Both the position numbers and the translations under genes were made by a program. From Tubulanus polymorphus (lineage: Eukaryota > Animalia > Nemertea), in the NCBI RefSeq assembly GCF_964204645.1, contig NC_134025.1:1240001-1304000 (forward strand): 64,000 bases of DNA, written 5' to 3'. How positions within the stretch are numbered: position 1 is the first letter of the stretch; every line of letters begins with the position of its first letter. Below, in pieces: positions 27,701 through 39,391 of the stretch. Below the pieces are notes generated by a model. That model was not told where the DNA came from and ran no database searches. It saw only the letters and a list, made by a program, of their open reading frames with translations.

Positions 27701-30700
27701 CGCTCATTCTCCTGCTGGTATCCGGCTAACAGTTTCTCTTGTTCAGCGATTTCTTTTTCAAACAGAATCAGTTTTTCAGGTCGCGACTCGTCGTTGGTTG
27801 TTTTGTCGGGAAGCTCGGCTCTTCCACCATCATCGTCAGTCACCTGTTATCAAACATATACATCTTTAAAATGAAACTATTATATATCTACAGTAGGCTC
27901 TGTTCAAGTCCGATAAACACAGAGATCACCATTAAACTCAGATATTTGTTGAAATAACAAATACTTCTCTGATCGACCCTATCCAACTCAAGACATGAAC
28001 AGAGCTAAACCGAACTGTAAAATCTACCTTCGCTGCCAGAATGAAATTCTCTTGTTTCAGTTTGAATATTTGTTGTTCGTGTTCTATTTTTAGTATCTCT
28101 AGTTGTCGTTTAAGTTCACGTTCAGCGTTGAACATGTCAGCTTTACATTTCGCGTGCATCTGTCTTTCCTGCTTCCATTGTTCCTGCCATTCTTTCACTT
28201 CGAGTATCAATGATTTTTCTCGTTCCAACCCGGATGTTTTGTCGACTCTTAAACTAGCCGATAAACTCGGTTCATCGACTGAATATTTCACCTATAATCA
28301 ACAAAACATTCGGCATGAACAAATAAAACAAGTTTCAACTTCATTCATTAAATCTGACCGACTGGGACCGGCCAAATCAGTCTGAGTTAGGAATCGAAAT
28401 TGGAGAATGATTCAAATTTTGAACAGTTTCAAGTAAGGCTTCGAGGTTCACTCAGTCTTGTGGAGTTTTTGATATTTACCTCAGGTAAAGATTTCTTTGA
28501 TTTACCGCTCACAGTTTGCGTCACACCGAAATGTTGTTGAATGTAACTAGTAAATGATTCAACCGACGCCATTAGCTGTTTCTCACTGATTGCAGCAGCG
28601 CCATCTGCTGACGATTTAACTCCGGTTTTCCTCTTTTTTGGCGAAGGTTTTTCAGTACCTGCAACGAGAAGTATAACACGGGTTAAACATGTACAACGAT
28701 AGATGATTTGAATGGTGTTTAACAGATCCCTCAATCAGACTAACTGGGACTGGCAAATTGAGAAAAGGAACAGGGTGCGCTTTCATGAAAATGTTTAAGC
28801 TTAAATCAGTTAAGTTTGAATTGTTGTCCTCATTGAAAACATGAAGTAACCAATAGCAATTACACCAAAAATTTGAGGCTGACTTTTCCGTGAAACTGGA
28901 CCCAGAAGAATAAGTTCAGAAAATATTTTTCTTTCTCCTATTTAGATGAGGTTTTACCACTAACCTTGAACTTTTTGCTTCGCGATGTCAACTGGTGACC
29001 ATTTTTCCTTGCTCTTTTTCTGCTGCCCGTACCCGGAACTTTGAATGGTTGAAAATTTAGTCTTTGATGTTTTCTTGGCTGAAATCAACGAAACTTTGTA
29101 AAAGAAATTTCTAAATGATGACTTTCCCAAGTTTGACAATACAAACCTTTTTCTGGAGTTTTCGCCATTTTGCTTTTTCTCGGTGTCTTTTTAGGTGGTA
29201 CGGGTTTCTCTGTGTCCTAAAAATAATAGAAAGGAGAAAATATCATAATTAAAAGAGATTTACATCATGTTAAAATCAGATTTTCTTAGAATGGGTCCAT
29301 TCTATAAATCTTAAGTCTATGGACGCCTCGCTGATGCGAGCCCAGGAATACAAACCCCACGTAAACTTTTGAAGAATTTCCAGAGTAATTTCTCAAAACA
29401 AGAACATATTCAAGGTGATGTTTATGAACTGTGATTAATAATGAACTTACCTCGGCGAATATCTCCTGATTTTCTATAATCGCAGCATCATCTTTAGCAA
29501 TTTCCCGATTGAACCAATTACTGATGATCTGTTGATCTTCGCGAGCCGGCGACAATTGAAATCCACGCGCGTCGTCGTCCTCGGCGACGGCCGGTGATAA
29601 ATGATACCCGCGATGTTCGGCATCACTTCTTCCATCGAGATCGATACGAGATTTCTTCTGCAATTCATCGACTTCTTTAATGATATCCGACACGGTTCGT
29701 TCTTTCTTTCCTGCATCGAAAAGAAATTGAAAACTACAATCGTTTATAACCCTACAGATCAGTCATTCCTGGATCAGTTTTCAAGGAGTTTTAATGCAGA
29801 AAATATCATATCTCAAGGAAGAATCTGCATACTTTCATAACCTTATTACACTCCTAAATCGATACCGTTTGGTAATTTGGTGGTTTTATGAGCAATCATT
29901 CATCCTTTACACAACCTGAATTTTCAGAACTTTCTAAGGAATCAAAGAGTCGTAATGAGCCTGTATAATGAGTGCTATTCCAGGAACGAGGACAGTATTC
30001 AACGTGCTGCTTCTCGATGACAAAAGAATTGTTATTTCATTCAAATAAATTTTTAGATTTACCGAGATTTGAATCTGTCGGCAGAACTTGTTTCAATCCG
30101 AAACTAGCGACGGAGTCGGTTTTATTACGAGTTCCATCATCCGGTATCGAGTCACCAATGCCGGGAATCTCAACTGATTTTCCATCCGTCGACGGCAACA
30201 ATAGTGAATTCTTATGAGACTGAAAACCGTTTTCCGTTCCAATTGTTGACATTCCGATCTCCTGGTAAGCTTTATGTAATGCATCCAGTTCCATACTAGT
30301 ATCAGTGTACAGCACACCTGAACAACACAAATCAGTAGCAAGAAATCTTAAATTGAAATTCTCATTCTCCTACTGGAGGTCACATTGACGAAGTCTGAAA
30401 TTTTCACATTTTCCTTTAAATAATTAATCTTACCGGTTCCTCCACCAGATTTAACAGTAGCACTGAATTGAATAGTTTTAGGCTGCAGCCTTTCTTCATC
30501 TCCTACATTTTCATTACTAACTTTATTACCGCCTAATTTAGCAGTACCCAGAGTCGTATCCAATGAATCCAACAGAGCGACTAGAAATAAATCATTAACC
30601 TGTTTTTAGTATTTCCCCCATCAATACAACTTACTGATAAATAAATCATTAATCTGTCAGTATTTCCCTCATCATATACAACTAATAACCGATAATGCTA

Positions 30701-32644
30701 CAAATGAGGGCTTCATTTTTACCTTTTGAAAGCATACTCGGTTTTTCTTGCTATTAAAAGAGATAAACATCGAACATTATTGAACAGAAATAATCAAGAA
30801 ATGATGCTGAAAACCATTGGGTCAATAGAATAGTAGTTTTTTATCGTCACTTGGCTTGGTCAGTTATCCCTATTTGGGTGTAAAATGATCTAATTTCATT
30901 CAACAACTGGCCAGAGGGATATTACTGAACTGAATACTTACATTCTGAGGCGGTAAATCACTTGTTTCAGGTTTTTGCCCAGCCCCAGTAGAACGTAAAT
31001 CTAAAATACAGACATATCCAAATAATTACAAACAATTCTAATAGAAAAGAACTAATTTCATTGAAGAATCAGATTTCAATGAAAAGCAGTGAAACTGGAT
31101 ATAGTTTTACAGGTTGTCAGTTAAGTTTGACTTTCAGATTTCCTTAAATTGTAACTTTCTAGTCAGCTCTATGTCATCACACTGGGAGATCAGATGATAT
31201 ATTTTACCGTCTAACGCTTGTTCATTGCTGCTCGTATGTAACAGTTTCATTGTATCGGAACGATCCAAATCTCGATTTAAACGACTAAAATCAATCGTTG
31301 ATTCTGCATTATTCTCCAAATCCTGACAATATAAACAAATCAGTACTCTCATTAGTGACCTGTGGCAAGTGAGGATCCACTAGGTGGCGCTAATTGAACC
31401 CGAGACGAGATCAGCGATTGTACCTTAAAAAACTTTTGTTTTTCATCTTCTTCATCGAGCGTACAAGTATCGAACTGATCGGTTTGTTGAAGGACGGGAT
31501 TTTCAGTATAAGTCGATGAGTCGTCTAAACTCAAACCAGGAACCGCAATCCTGTTAAATACAATATACATCGAAATCAGATACACTTGAAGATTTTGAGA
31601 GGAAGTCGTACGATTTCGAGAGGAAGTCGTATGATTTTGAGAGGAAGTCGTATGATTTTACTTACGTTACTCGACCTCCTTCTTCTGTTCCGACAGTAGC
31701 GTGCCTCGCATAAACTGTAATTATTATAAAACATTTCCAAAATATGATTTAAACACAAATCTGATATTAATTGATTACAGTTAAATGCAACATGATCATC
31801 ATCAAAACTATGACAAGTTTTACTATGTTAGAAAATATTAGATTTAACGTAAATGATGATGATGATTTACCGAAATTTCCTCCATCAAGGCTATCACGAC
31901 TCATAGTATCAATAGACTCTGCACCGTACTAAAAATACAAACAACTTCAGTGAAACAATCAAATCATTCAAATAAACTACACACATTTCCTGAAGAGAGG
32001 GAGAGAAATCAATACAGATTATCAGAATATCAGAATATTGAGACCTTTCTTTCTGTCGATGTGTTCGCAGAATCAGCTGTAGTTGTCTTAGGTTTAGGCT
32101 CCGTTCTAGGTTTAGGTTCAGGTCTTTTCTTCAAGAAACTTTTACCTAGAAATCAGAAAAAAAAAACAAAATATTATTCAAAAAGTAAATAATCAAAAAT
32201 AACTACAGTTAAAGACACATTGAAATGATAGTTACCGGTTCCGGGTTCGAAGTTATTATCTGGGTCATCGCCGGTGTTTAACCACCAGGGGGCAGTTGAA
32301 TCTGTACTTTGTTTATTTTTGTTTAGATATTTATTTACGTTAGTCGAATCTATGGAATCATCAGTAGAATACGACTGCAATAAGAGAACAAACACGAACA
32401 GTGTCAGTCAGTCTTACACACACACCACGTACTCAACTAGCTAGCACACACAACCACTAGTTAGTTACCAAATCATTGGTAGTAAGCGTTAACAATCGGA
32501 AGGGCTCGTGGTTTGTGAAAATATCTGATCGTGAAACTAATCCACAGACAGGTTACTGACTCTAAAGTCTTAGCCTACCTCTTTTAAAAATGCCTCAAAT
32601 TCCTCATCTAACGCATTCTTTTTCTGCTTCGACTTTTTTGCCAT
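21743..32644 (-). CDS. CEP162: Centrosomal protein of 162 kDa (QN1/KIAA1009), multi-exon
   Basis: N-terminus [22 protein letters not shown], internal [15 protein letters not shown] and [15 protein letters not shown], and C-terminus PEMRHF...[23 protein letters not shown] all match conserved CEP162 motifs. Many coiled-coil exons are bounded by GT-AG. AATAAA on the minus strand at 21351-21356. Confidence 0.92.
22259..23290. repeat. About 30-bp minisatellite in the last intron of CEP162, about 34 copies
   Basis: Unit gcagagagggggtttagaggtactcaca(g). It abuts the exon end at 23290. Confidence 0.97.
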
Positions 32645-32957
32645 ATTTGATAACGTAAACGACACGAGCTCGAAATGAATTACTCACGACTGCGCCACAA
32701 ATCTATAAATAATCGATGAAATAAACATTTATTCATTTATTTGAATTGATTGTAGTTAGTAAGTAGGGAGTGTAGGTAGTAAGGCCTAAATGGTTTTCTT
32801 AAATTCATTGATCACAAGCACGGCTCTACAGGCGATCACACCCCCCACTACATAATCACGATGATAGGATATATCAATCAATATACCGTGTTTTTAGTTA
32901 TGAATAGGAATTTGAACAGCGTTTATTTACTTTTATTTCATAAAATCAAAATATTTA

Positions 32958-32988
32958 CGCCATCTTTTCCAATAGCGCCATCTAGTGA
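32958..32988 (-). promoter_or_regulatory. Probable CEP162 promoter region with YY1-like (AAGATGGCG) and CTCF-like (CACTAGATGGCGCTA) motifs
   Basis: Consensus-like motifs about 300 bp upstream of the ATG, between the EXOSC7 3' end and the CEP162 5' region. Confidence 0.5.
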
Positions 32989-33722
32989 GCAATTCAATTC
33001 AAAGCTTTATTGCTCGATATGATAAAACCCGACATATCGCATAAATACAAAATCAAGATTAACATAGCATACATTTTTCTGTAGAACACGTATTAAGAAT
33101 ATTCATATCATGATTTATCTGCACTAATCAAACGACTAAATCGGTATGGTCGAATTAGTTCTATGAAAAATAATGGTCATTCGAAACTAGCCTAGGAAAC
33201 GTACCATTAGTTCTTCAATTCGCCGCGACTGTATCATCCTCGCTTGCCAGGGGCCCGGTATCACGCCCGACTCCCCGAACTCGCTTCCACCAGCGAACAG
33301 CTTTAGCGTAGTGGGTTCGAATCCCTTGACGGGTGAAGATGCGACCGTGTTGGCAAGCAGCATAAGTTGAATATAATTCCTAGGAGATAAATAACTACTG
33401 GTATTTTTCCTAGAAGTAATCCGACCAAGTTGTTCAACTACAAGAGCTTTATTCCACGAAATATTGTCATTGAGACTCATCTGCGTAGTGCGTTACGCGT
33501 AAGTTCAACTTATTCTCATTATTAGTCTGTATTCAGTGAAGTCCTCTAAGAGTATCATCTAGTTCTTCAGTCTTCTATCGATGGCAGAGTTTGTGCTCTC
33601 CTTGAGTCTTCCAACAACATCAGCGTCATGAAACGAGATCTAAGTTTAAAACATAAACAACAAACTTTTGAAATGTTGATAGTGAAATGCTCATTTATTT
33701 GTATAAAATATAAATGCTGCTG

Positions 33723-36700
33723 CTAAGATCCGAGGAATCCAACTTTCTTCTGATTTAAATTGCGTTCCTGCTTCAATACATTCAGTATGGTTTTATTCAA
33801 ATTGACACCAACCTTTTTACCGGACTGAAAAATCAATTAAATTGAATTAATTTTACAAGGAAATCAATACCAGTAATTACGCAAAAGATTTCATAGCTGG
33901 CATGTTTGGAGGATGACCGCAAAATAAGATGCTTATTTGGACGATTTTGGATTTTTAGAAGTTTACCTCAATCATGTCACATAGACTGTCAGGATTTAAA
34001 CTCCCAGAACCTTCTTTCTTTAATGCGGTTATAATACCTTTCTCATTAACACCAACCATCAATCTACGTAACAAATCATCATAAATCAGTCATCAAGAAT
34101 CCGAGGACTTTTTGAGCACAGAATATCAAACATTCAAGATGAATATCCGGGAGCGAGTAGGGAGTTTACGTTTAATTTACCTGGCTAATGAACACGCTTC
34201 TTCTTCTAGTGTAGCATCAATGATGTGATTATGTCCGATCTATAAAATTCAACAGTGAGAAACAAGTCCAATACACTCTGATGAACAGCGAGTGCAAAAA
34301 ATAAATAATCTGATCCGGTTGCAGCACTTTCTCACAACACTCGCCTTACTAATAGTCACTAAACACGGAGCCTGTTTTATATCTATATATGTATAATCAT
34401 ACGGATCGTCGGATAATTGTATATCGATTCCACCAGTTTCATCACACTCTGTTACTGTTAAATTAGGAATTCTGTAATTATAAAAACAGTCAAATCATGA
34501 AATCATCCTTCAAGCATTTCAGCAGAAAGCCTGCCCTGTCGTAGGAGCCTAGGGCACCGGTAGTATGAACACTATCCTATAGTAGGAAATCCACTATTAG
34601 TTGGATCCACTATCTGTTGGAGGGGTTGATTCTGACGTGTGTTCAAGTCATAAATCGGTACAACTTACTTGGTGTCAAAAAGTGCAGCTTTAACAGCGAG
34701 AGACGCGACATCAAATAAATTACCACCACATTCTAATAACTATACAATAAGAAATAGAACTGATAAAAACCTGAATACAATCAATATACAAAGGAAATGA
34801 ATGAAATGAATCCAGGAAGTGAGAAAATAACTTTCCGATTTGGCTATTTCCGAGTTTAGAGAAGGTTTACTGGTTTTTGTCTCTTATCTCGACGGACAGC
34901 CGACAGTAATCTTACTCGTCTAATAAAACCAACTTACCACAATATCTATATATAGAACCCAGCATTGCTGACCAGGAATGACACATAATGATTTATAATC
35001 TAAACTCGCCGGAGTATCATAAGCTCGCATTAAAACGTTACTTATCTCTACGGCTAACTCTTCTCCTCCGCGCCCTTCAAATTCTGGTGTTGCATTCGCG
35101 GAACTGCAATTAGAATTCATAACACATAAACCCACCATCGCTTAATCTATATAATACATGGCCCGGTTTCATAGACTGGTGTTAACTTTAACCCGGGGGT
35201 TAACTCAATTCATTTTCAATTGAGTTAGCCCCCGGGTTAAAGTTAACACCCAACTATAAAAGTAAACCTGCTCAAAACCAGAACCCCTCAGAAACTTACT
35301 TAGGAAAGAGCGGATTTAAGAAAAGCTTCTTGAGGGCTTTGATCAAGAAGGGCTTTGACATGATTTGATTAAGACATGCTATACAATTTTCCTACACGCC
35401 TGAAATGAGTGAATTCTGGGGCAGTTGTGGAGTGATGTCAAGTTGGAGTGACGTCATGTCTAGAATTTGAGTAGAGATATTATCATTTTTGTCAAGCGGG
35501 GGACGTGAGAATCGGGAGGCAATCAACTTCGTGAAAGGCACTTAGTCTACTGTACTCTAAATATAACTGACCAATCGGTAAAGAATTCTATTCTTCCTTC
35601 CTCCGGGCGCTCCGGTAACGGTTCTCCGAGCTCTGCTTTTACTCCGACCAATATATCCGTATTAGCCTAAATAATAATGATAATAATAATAATGGTAATA
35701 ATAATAATAATCAATGAGAAGGAAATGAACAGGGCGGGCTGACATCTAGGGGCGGTGCTATCCAAGTTAGACATCCATATTATATATCTTTTACGGATCG
35801 AAGTTACTCAAATATTAATGGAAGTCTGAAAAAGAAAATGGACGGTGTCTTTCAATAAGAACTTACAAGTCGAACTCGTGCTGAACCAGTTGTATTTGAA
35901 ATAACGTCAGTTTCCATTTCTAAATGTCGATAATCTTCATTCGAGCGACCATCACAACGAAAATTATCCTACAAACCAACAACATTAGCATCCGCAATAA
36001 TCGAGCAGCGTTGGTGTCAGTTAGTTACTTAACTTAGTGAAACTAAACCACAGACAGGTTACTGACTAAACCACAGACAGGTTACTGACTATGTCGGTGT
36101 GAGTATCATCATCATCCCCAGCAGCCGGAGTATGATTAGCATCATCCCCAGCAGCCGGAGTATGATTAGCATCATCCCCAGCAGCCGGAGTATGATTAGC
36201 ATCATCCCCAGCAGCCGGAGTATGATTAGCATCATCCCCAGCAGCCGGAGTATGATCATCATCATCCCCAGCAGCCGGAGTATGATTAGCATCATCCCCA
36301 GCAGGCTGGATTATTTTGCATTATTATCCAAGGCTATTATTGGTAAACCATTTTACATATAGCACATAGAATAGATTATTAGATAGATAGATTGGACATC
36401 CACCCCTCTCTGTAGTCTAGTTACCTAGCCGTTGTTCCTCGTAGGGAACCGTAACCTGGTAACAACGACTGGTATTCAGACTACCCCTCTCTGTAGTCTG
36501 AATACCAGTCGTTGTTACTTACGGTTCCGTACAACAAGGACATTGAAATGAGGGACGAAAATTAACCTCATATGAGCACTTTCGCCCTAGACGTTGTTTC
36601 AGGAACAACGGCTAGGTACTAGACTACCCCTCTCTGCTGTGTCGTGAGAATCAGTTTTTAATATATTACTATAGATAGCTCACTAATTAACACAACTTAC

Positions 36701-36806
36701 TAACGCCAAATGTAATACAGTAAAGAAAAATAGAACATATGGTAAGTACCTGAACTCCGTGCAGTACAAAGGTTCGTTCCGTTTCACTGAGAATAATTTT
36801 AGCCAT
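33723..36806 (-). CDS. EXOSC7: Exosome complex component RRP42, multi-exon
   Basis: Spliced exons read MAKIILSETERTFVLHGVQ | DNFRCDGRSNEDYR..GSARVRL | TDILVGVKAELG | SANATPEFEGRGG..CWVLYIDIV | LECGGNLFD | QLSDDPYD | HIIDATLEEEACS | KKEGSGSLNPDS | KKVGFLGS*. This is collinear with RRP42. Confidence 0.96.
36105..36303. repeat. 30-bp minisatellite in EXOSC7 intron 1, about 6.5 copies
   Basis: Unit catcatccccagcagccggagtatgattag. Confidence 0.95.
36403..36636. mobile_element. Two non-autonomous TIR elements (TAGTCT...AGACTA) separated and flanked by a triplicated 10-bp target site
   Basis: cccctctctg occurs at 36403-36412, 36484-36493 and 36627-36636. The elements at 36413-36483 and 36494-36626 have imperfect TIRs. 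Confidence 0.8.
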
Positions 36807-38290
36807 CACGGTATTCAACAGATTAATTATGGTTAAATAAAGTTACGTTGGATTGAATTGATACTTGGCGGCAGCACCATATGGTTACATAGCGGGAGTG
36901 GTGCACAGGGAAGTGAATACTCGCTTCCCTCTATGTATATCAATTCAACTTTCACTTTATTGTTAGCCTTTACACATTTGAAATGAATAAGCGTGAACTT
37001 TAAAACATTGACAGTACTTTCGGCACTAGAATCCACTCAGTGGTAGAAGGCTTGGCTCTAAATAACTATGGTTAGATTATTATGTATAACCTAGAACATG
37101 TTGTCACTGGGCGGCCTATGAGTTTGCCCCATGCTACGGCCACGGGTGCGGCCGGCCCTCCCCTACTAAAACGGCTCAACCATATTTATGAAATTAAGTC
37201 AGCTGTGTAAAAGTACACAACACCTCGGCGCAGCGGTGCTTGTCGATGTAATTGATGATTGATGATGATTACAAAAAATTGGAGATGAACATCTGATTAA
37301 GTATATATTTTTATTTTTACGAAAACAACAAAAAATCCAGTGAACAATGAAAAAGTAAAAGCACATAAAACGGTGATCAGGTGATTTTTACCCACAGTCC
37401 AGCATATAGGTATTATCATAATTTATACATTTTCAATGAAAAGCACAGCTTTACTGAAAGATATTAAAAGCTCACTAAAATTAACATGCGTTCATGAAAT
37501 TAGGAACTGTATAGACGGCGCGGCTGATAAAAGGAAGCCATACACGTGTATATTCAATATAATTACCAGACATTTGTCATCTCACGAAACAACAGAAATT
37601 GGTTCTTATTATGTTTATTCTATATGCAGACAGAAATTAAACTGAACGTGCAAACAGCAGTCGGGAAAACGTTTTCACAAAAAAACTGTTATCGTTCGCA
37701 GTGTAACTAAAAGAAAACAATAACTTCACGATAAGTTTCCCAATACTTAGCAAGCAAAATGATACGTGGAACGATCCAGAGTACTATCAACATGTATGAA
37801 ATTAGGATCACTAAGGGCTCGTTCAATTGACAATTACGCAAAAAATTAGTTTGATTTATACATTTTTTTAAACCGTTGAAGATATAGATTATGTAGATAT
37901 CTTTCTTGATGAATTCTACATTTCATATGTACCATTTTTATATGAAACTCAATAGATAGGCGTCCTGAATGCATACGAAAAATTCTTGAATTCCGAGAAT
38001 TTATCTGTCTTATTTTTTTTCCGAAATTTCCTATTCATCAATTATTTTCTCCGATTTTTCAGTGAACTTTTTCTCACAAGATATTTTTTTTATTAATTTT
38101 TTCGCTGACTTTTCTATGACATTTCTTTCAATGTATTACCACTGTAACGTGGCTTGTGTGGTATTTAGAATTGAAGTTTAAGCTACGATTCGTGTCAACG
38201 ATTGTTTCAAATGTTTGCCAACCTTCAGACGTTTTAGGTAAAGTCTGTTTTATATATCTGTGCGGCGCGCCCGACTGGACGGTGCGCAAC

Positions 38291-39391
38291 TCACATATGC
38301 GTGCTCATAGTACCACTCACATCATATTGACGATTTCTGTTCCTGCTAAAATATAAAAACTGTCGAATTGACGACACCGGCACCTCGATACGTTGAATGC
38401 TTCGACAGCATTTCGTTAATGTCGGTGTAAAGAATTTCAGACGCAAAGAATAAACGATGAAATTCGTGCTGTAGTTTACATAGGTAAGTATAGTTCCTAC
38501 TTGTCCCAGTCGAACGAATCGTTGGTGTTCCTCAATTTTCAAATCGTATCTTAAATAGTAAACATACGTGCCCCAACTCATCGCTGCCGGTGTCATAAAT
38601 AACGTGAACATTATTGAAATTATCAATAAATTAACAGTGGCCTGTCTGTATTTAGCGTCGTGATCCATTCCACGACTAAGACTCGACGCTCCGACTCGAC
38701 TGAGCTTCAGACTGATTAGAATCATGCTGTTTAGAACTATGAGACAAATGCAAGGAATAACGAAGCCTACCGCAATGTGCAACAATACGCTCGTGTAGTA
38801 GAGCTCGTCATAAGGGTGTATTAAACATCGGGACCGTCCGTCTCCGTCAAAAATCCAATACGAAAACAGAAATACGATACATATAGCAGCGCATACTAAG
38901 AACATAGTAGCTAAGACGATTTTACGACGTCTATCGGTCAGTCTGGCGGTCGCTTGAAACGGAAATATTACAGCTATACACCTTTCAACCGTAAACGCTA
39001 CGACAATCCAAGAAGACATGAAAGTACAGATGTTCCAACAATACCTGACAGCTCTACACGCTATTAAGTATGTGGTTAACGTTGGGATTGATATTTTACC
39101 ACCAGTTATCACATACAGACCGTCATCTAACCACATTGGCAAAGCTTGTAACAATATGTTACCCAAATCAAAAAACGCCAGGATGAATAAATAAAGTAGT
39201 GCCATTTTGTCCCAAAATTTATTTTTCAGGAACACGACGATTGTTGTTATATTTCCAAAAACTCCCAGAATAATGAATATCGGAGGGAAGTATCCTAGTG
39301 TATATTCCAGCGTCCCGTCCAGAATTGACAGCCATTGAAGATAAAGTTCACGACTTGTTTCATTCTGAAATGAACTGTTTTCGGAGGCCAT
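38291..39391 (-). CDS. Class A (rhodopsin-like) GPCR with uninterrupted coding region, peptide-receptor type (FMRFamide/sex-peptide-receptor-like orphan)
   Basis: Seven TM segments with GVFGN (TM1), LAFFD (TM2), FTVERCIAV (TM3), GFVIPC (TM5), FTLFMTP (TM6) and NYSTNFIVY (TM7). N-terminal NSS and NET sequons follow the first ATG at 39391; the track's start at 39508 is non-ATG. Confidence 0.9.
   Translation of the reverse strand: MASENSSFQNETSRELYLQWLSILDGTLEYTLGYFPPIFIILGVFGNITTIVVFLKNKFWDKMALLYLFILAFFDLGNILLQALPMWLDDGLYVITGGKISIPTLTTYLIACRAVRYCWNICTFMSSWIVVAFTVERCIAVIFPFQATARLTDRRRKIVLATMFLVCAAICIVFLFSYWIFDGDGRSRCLIHPYDELYYTSVLLHIAVGFVIPCICLIVLNSMILISLKLSRVGASSLSRGMDHDAKYRQATVNLLIISIMFTLFMTPAAMSWGTYVYYLRYDLKIEEHQRFVRLGQVGTILTYVNYSTNFIVYSLRLKFFTPTLTKCCRSIQRIEVPVSSIRQFLYFSRNRNRQYDVSGTMSTHM

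Noticed and set aside
33235-33360. Possible tRNA gene (GGGTTCGAATCCC), with a similar B box at about 61425
   Set aside because: Only a B box is present and no cloverleaf can be folded. More likely SINE or MITE debris.
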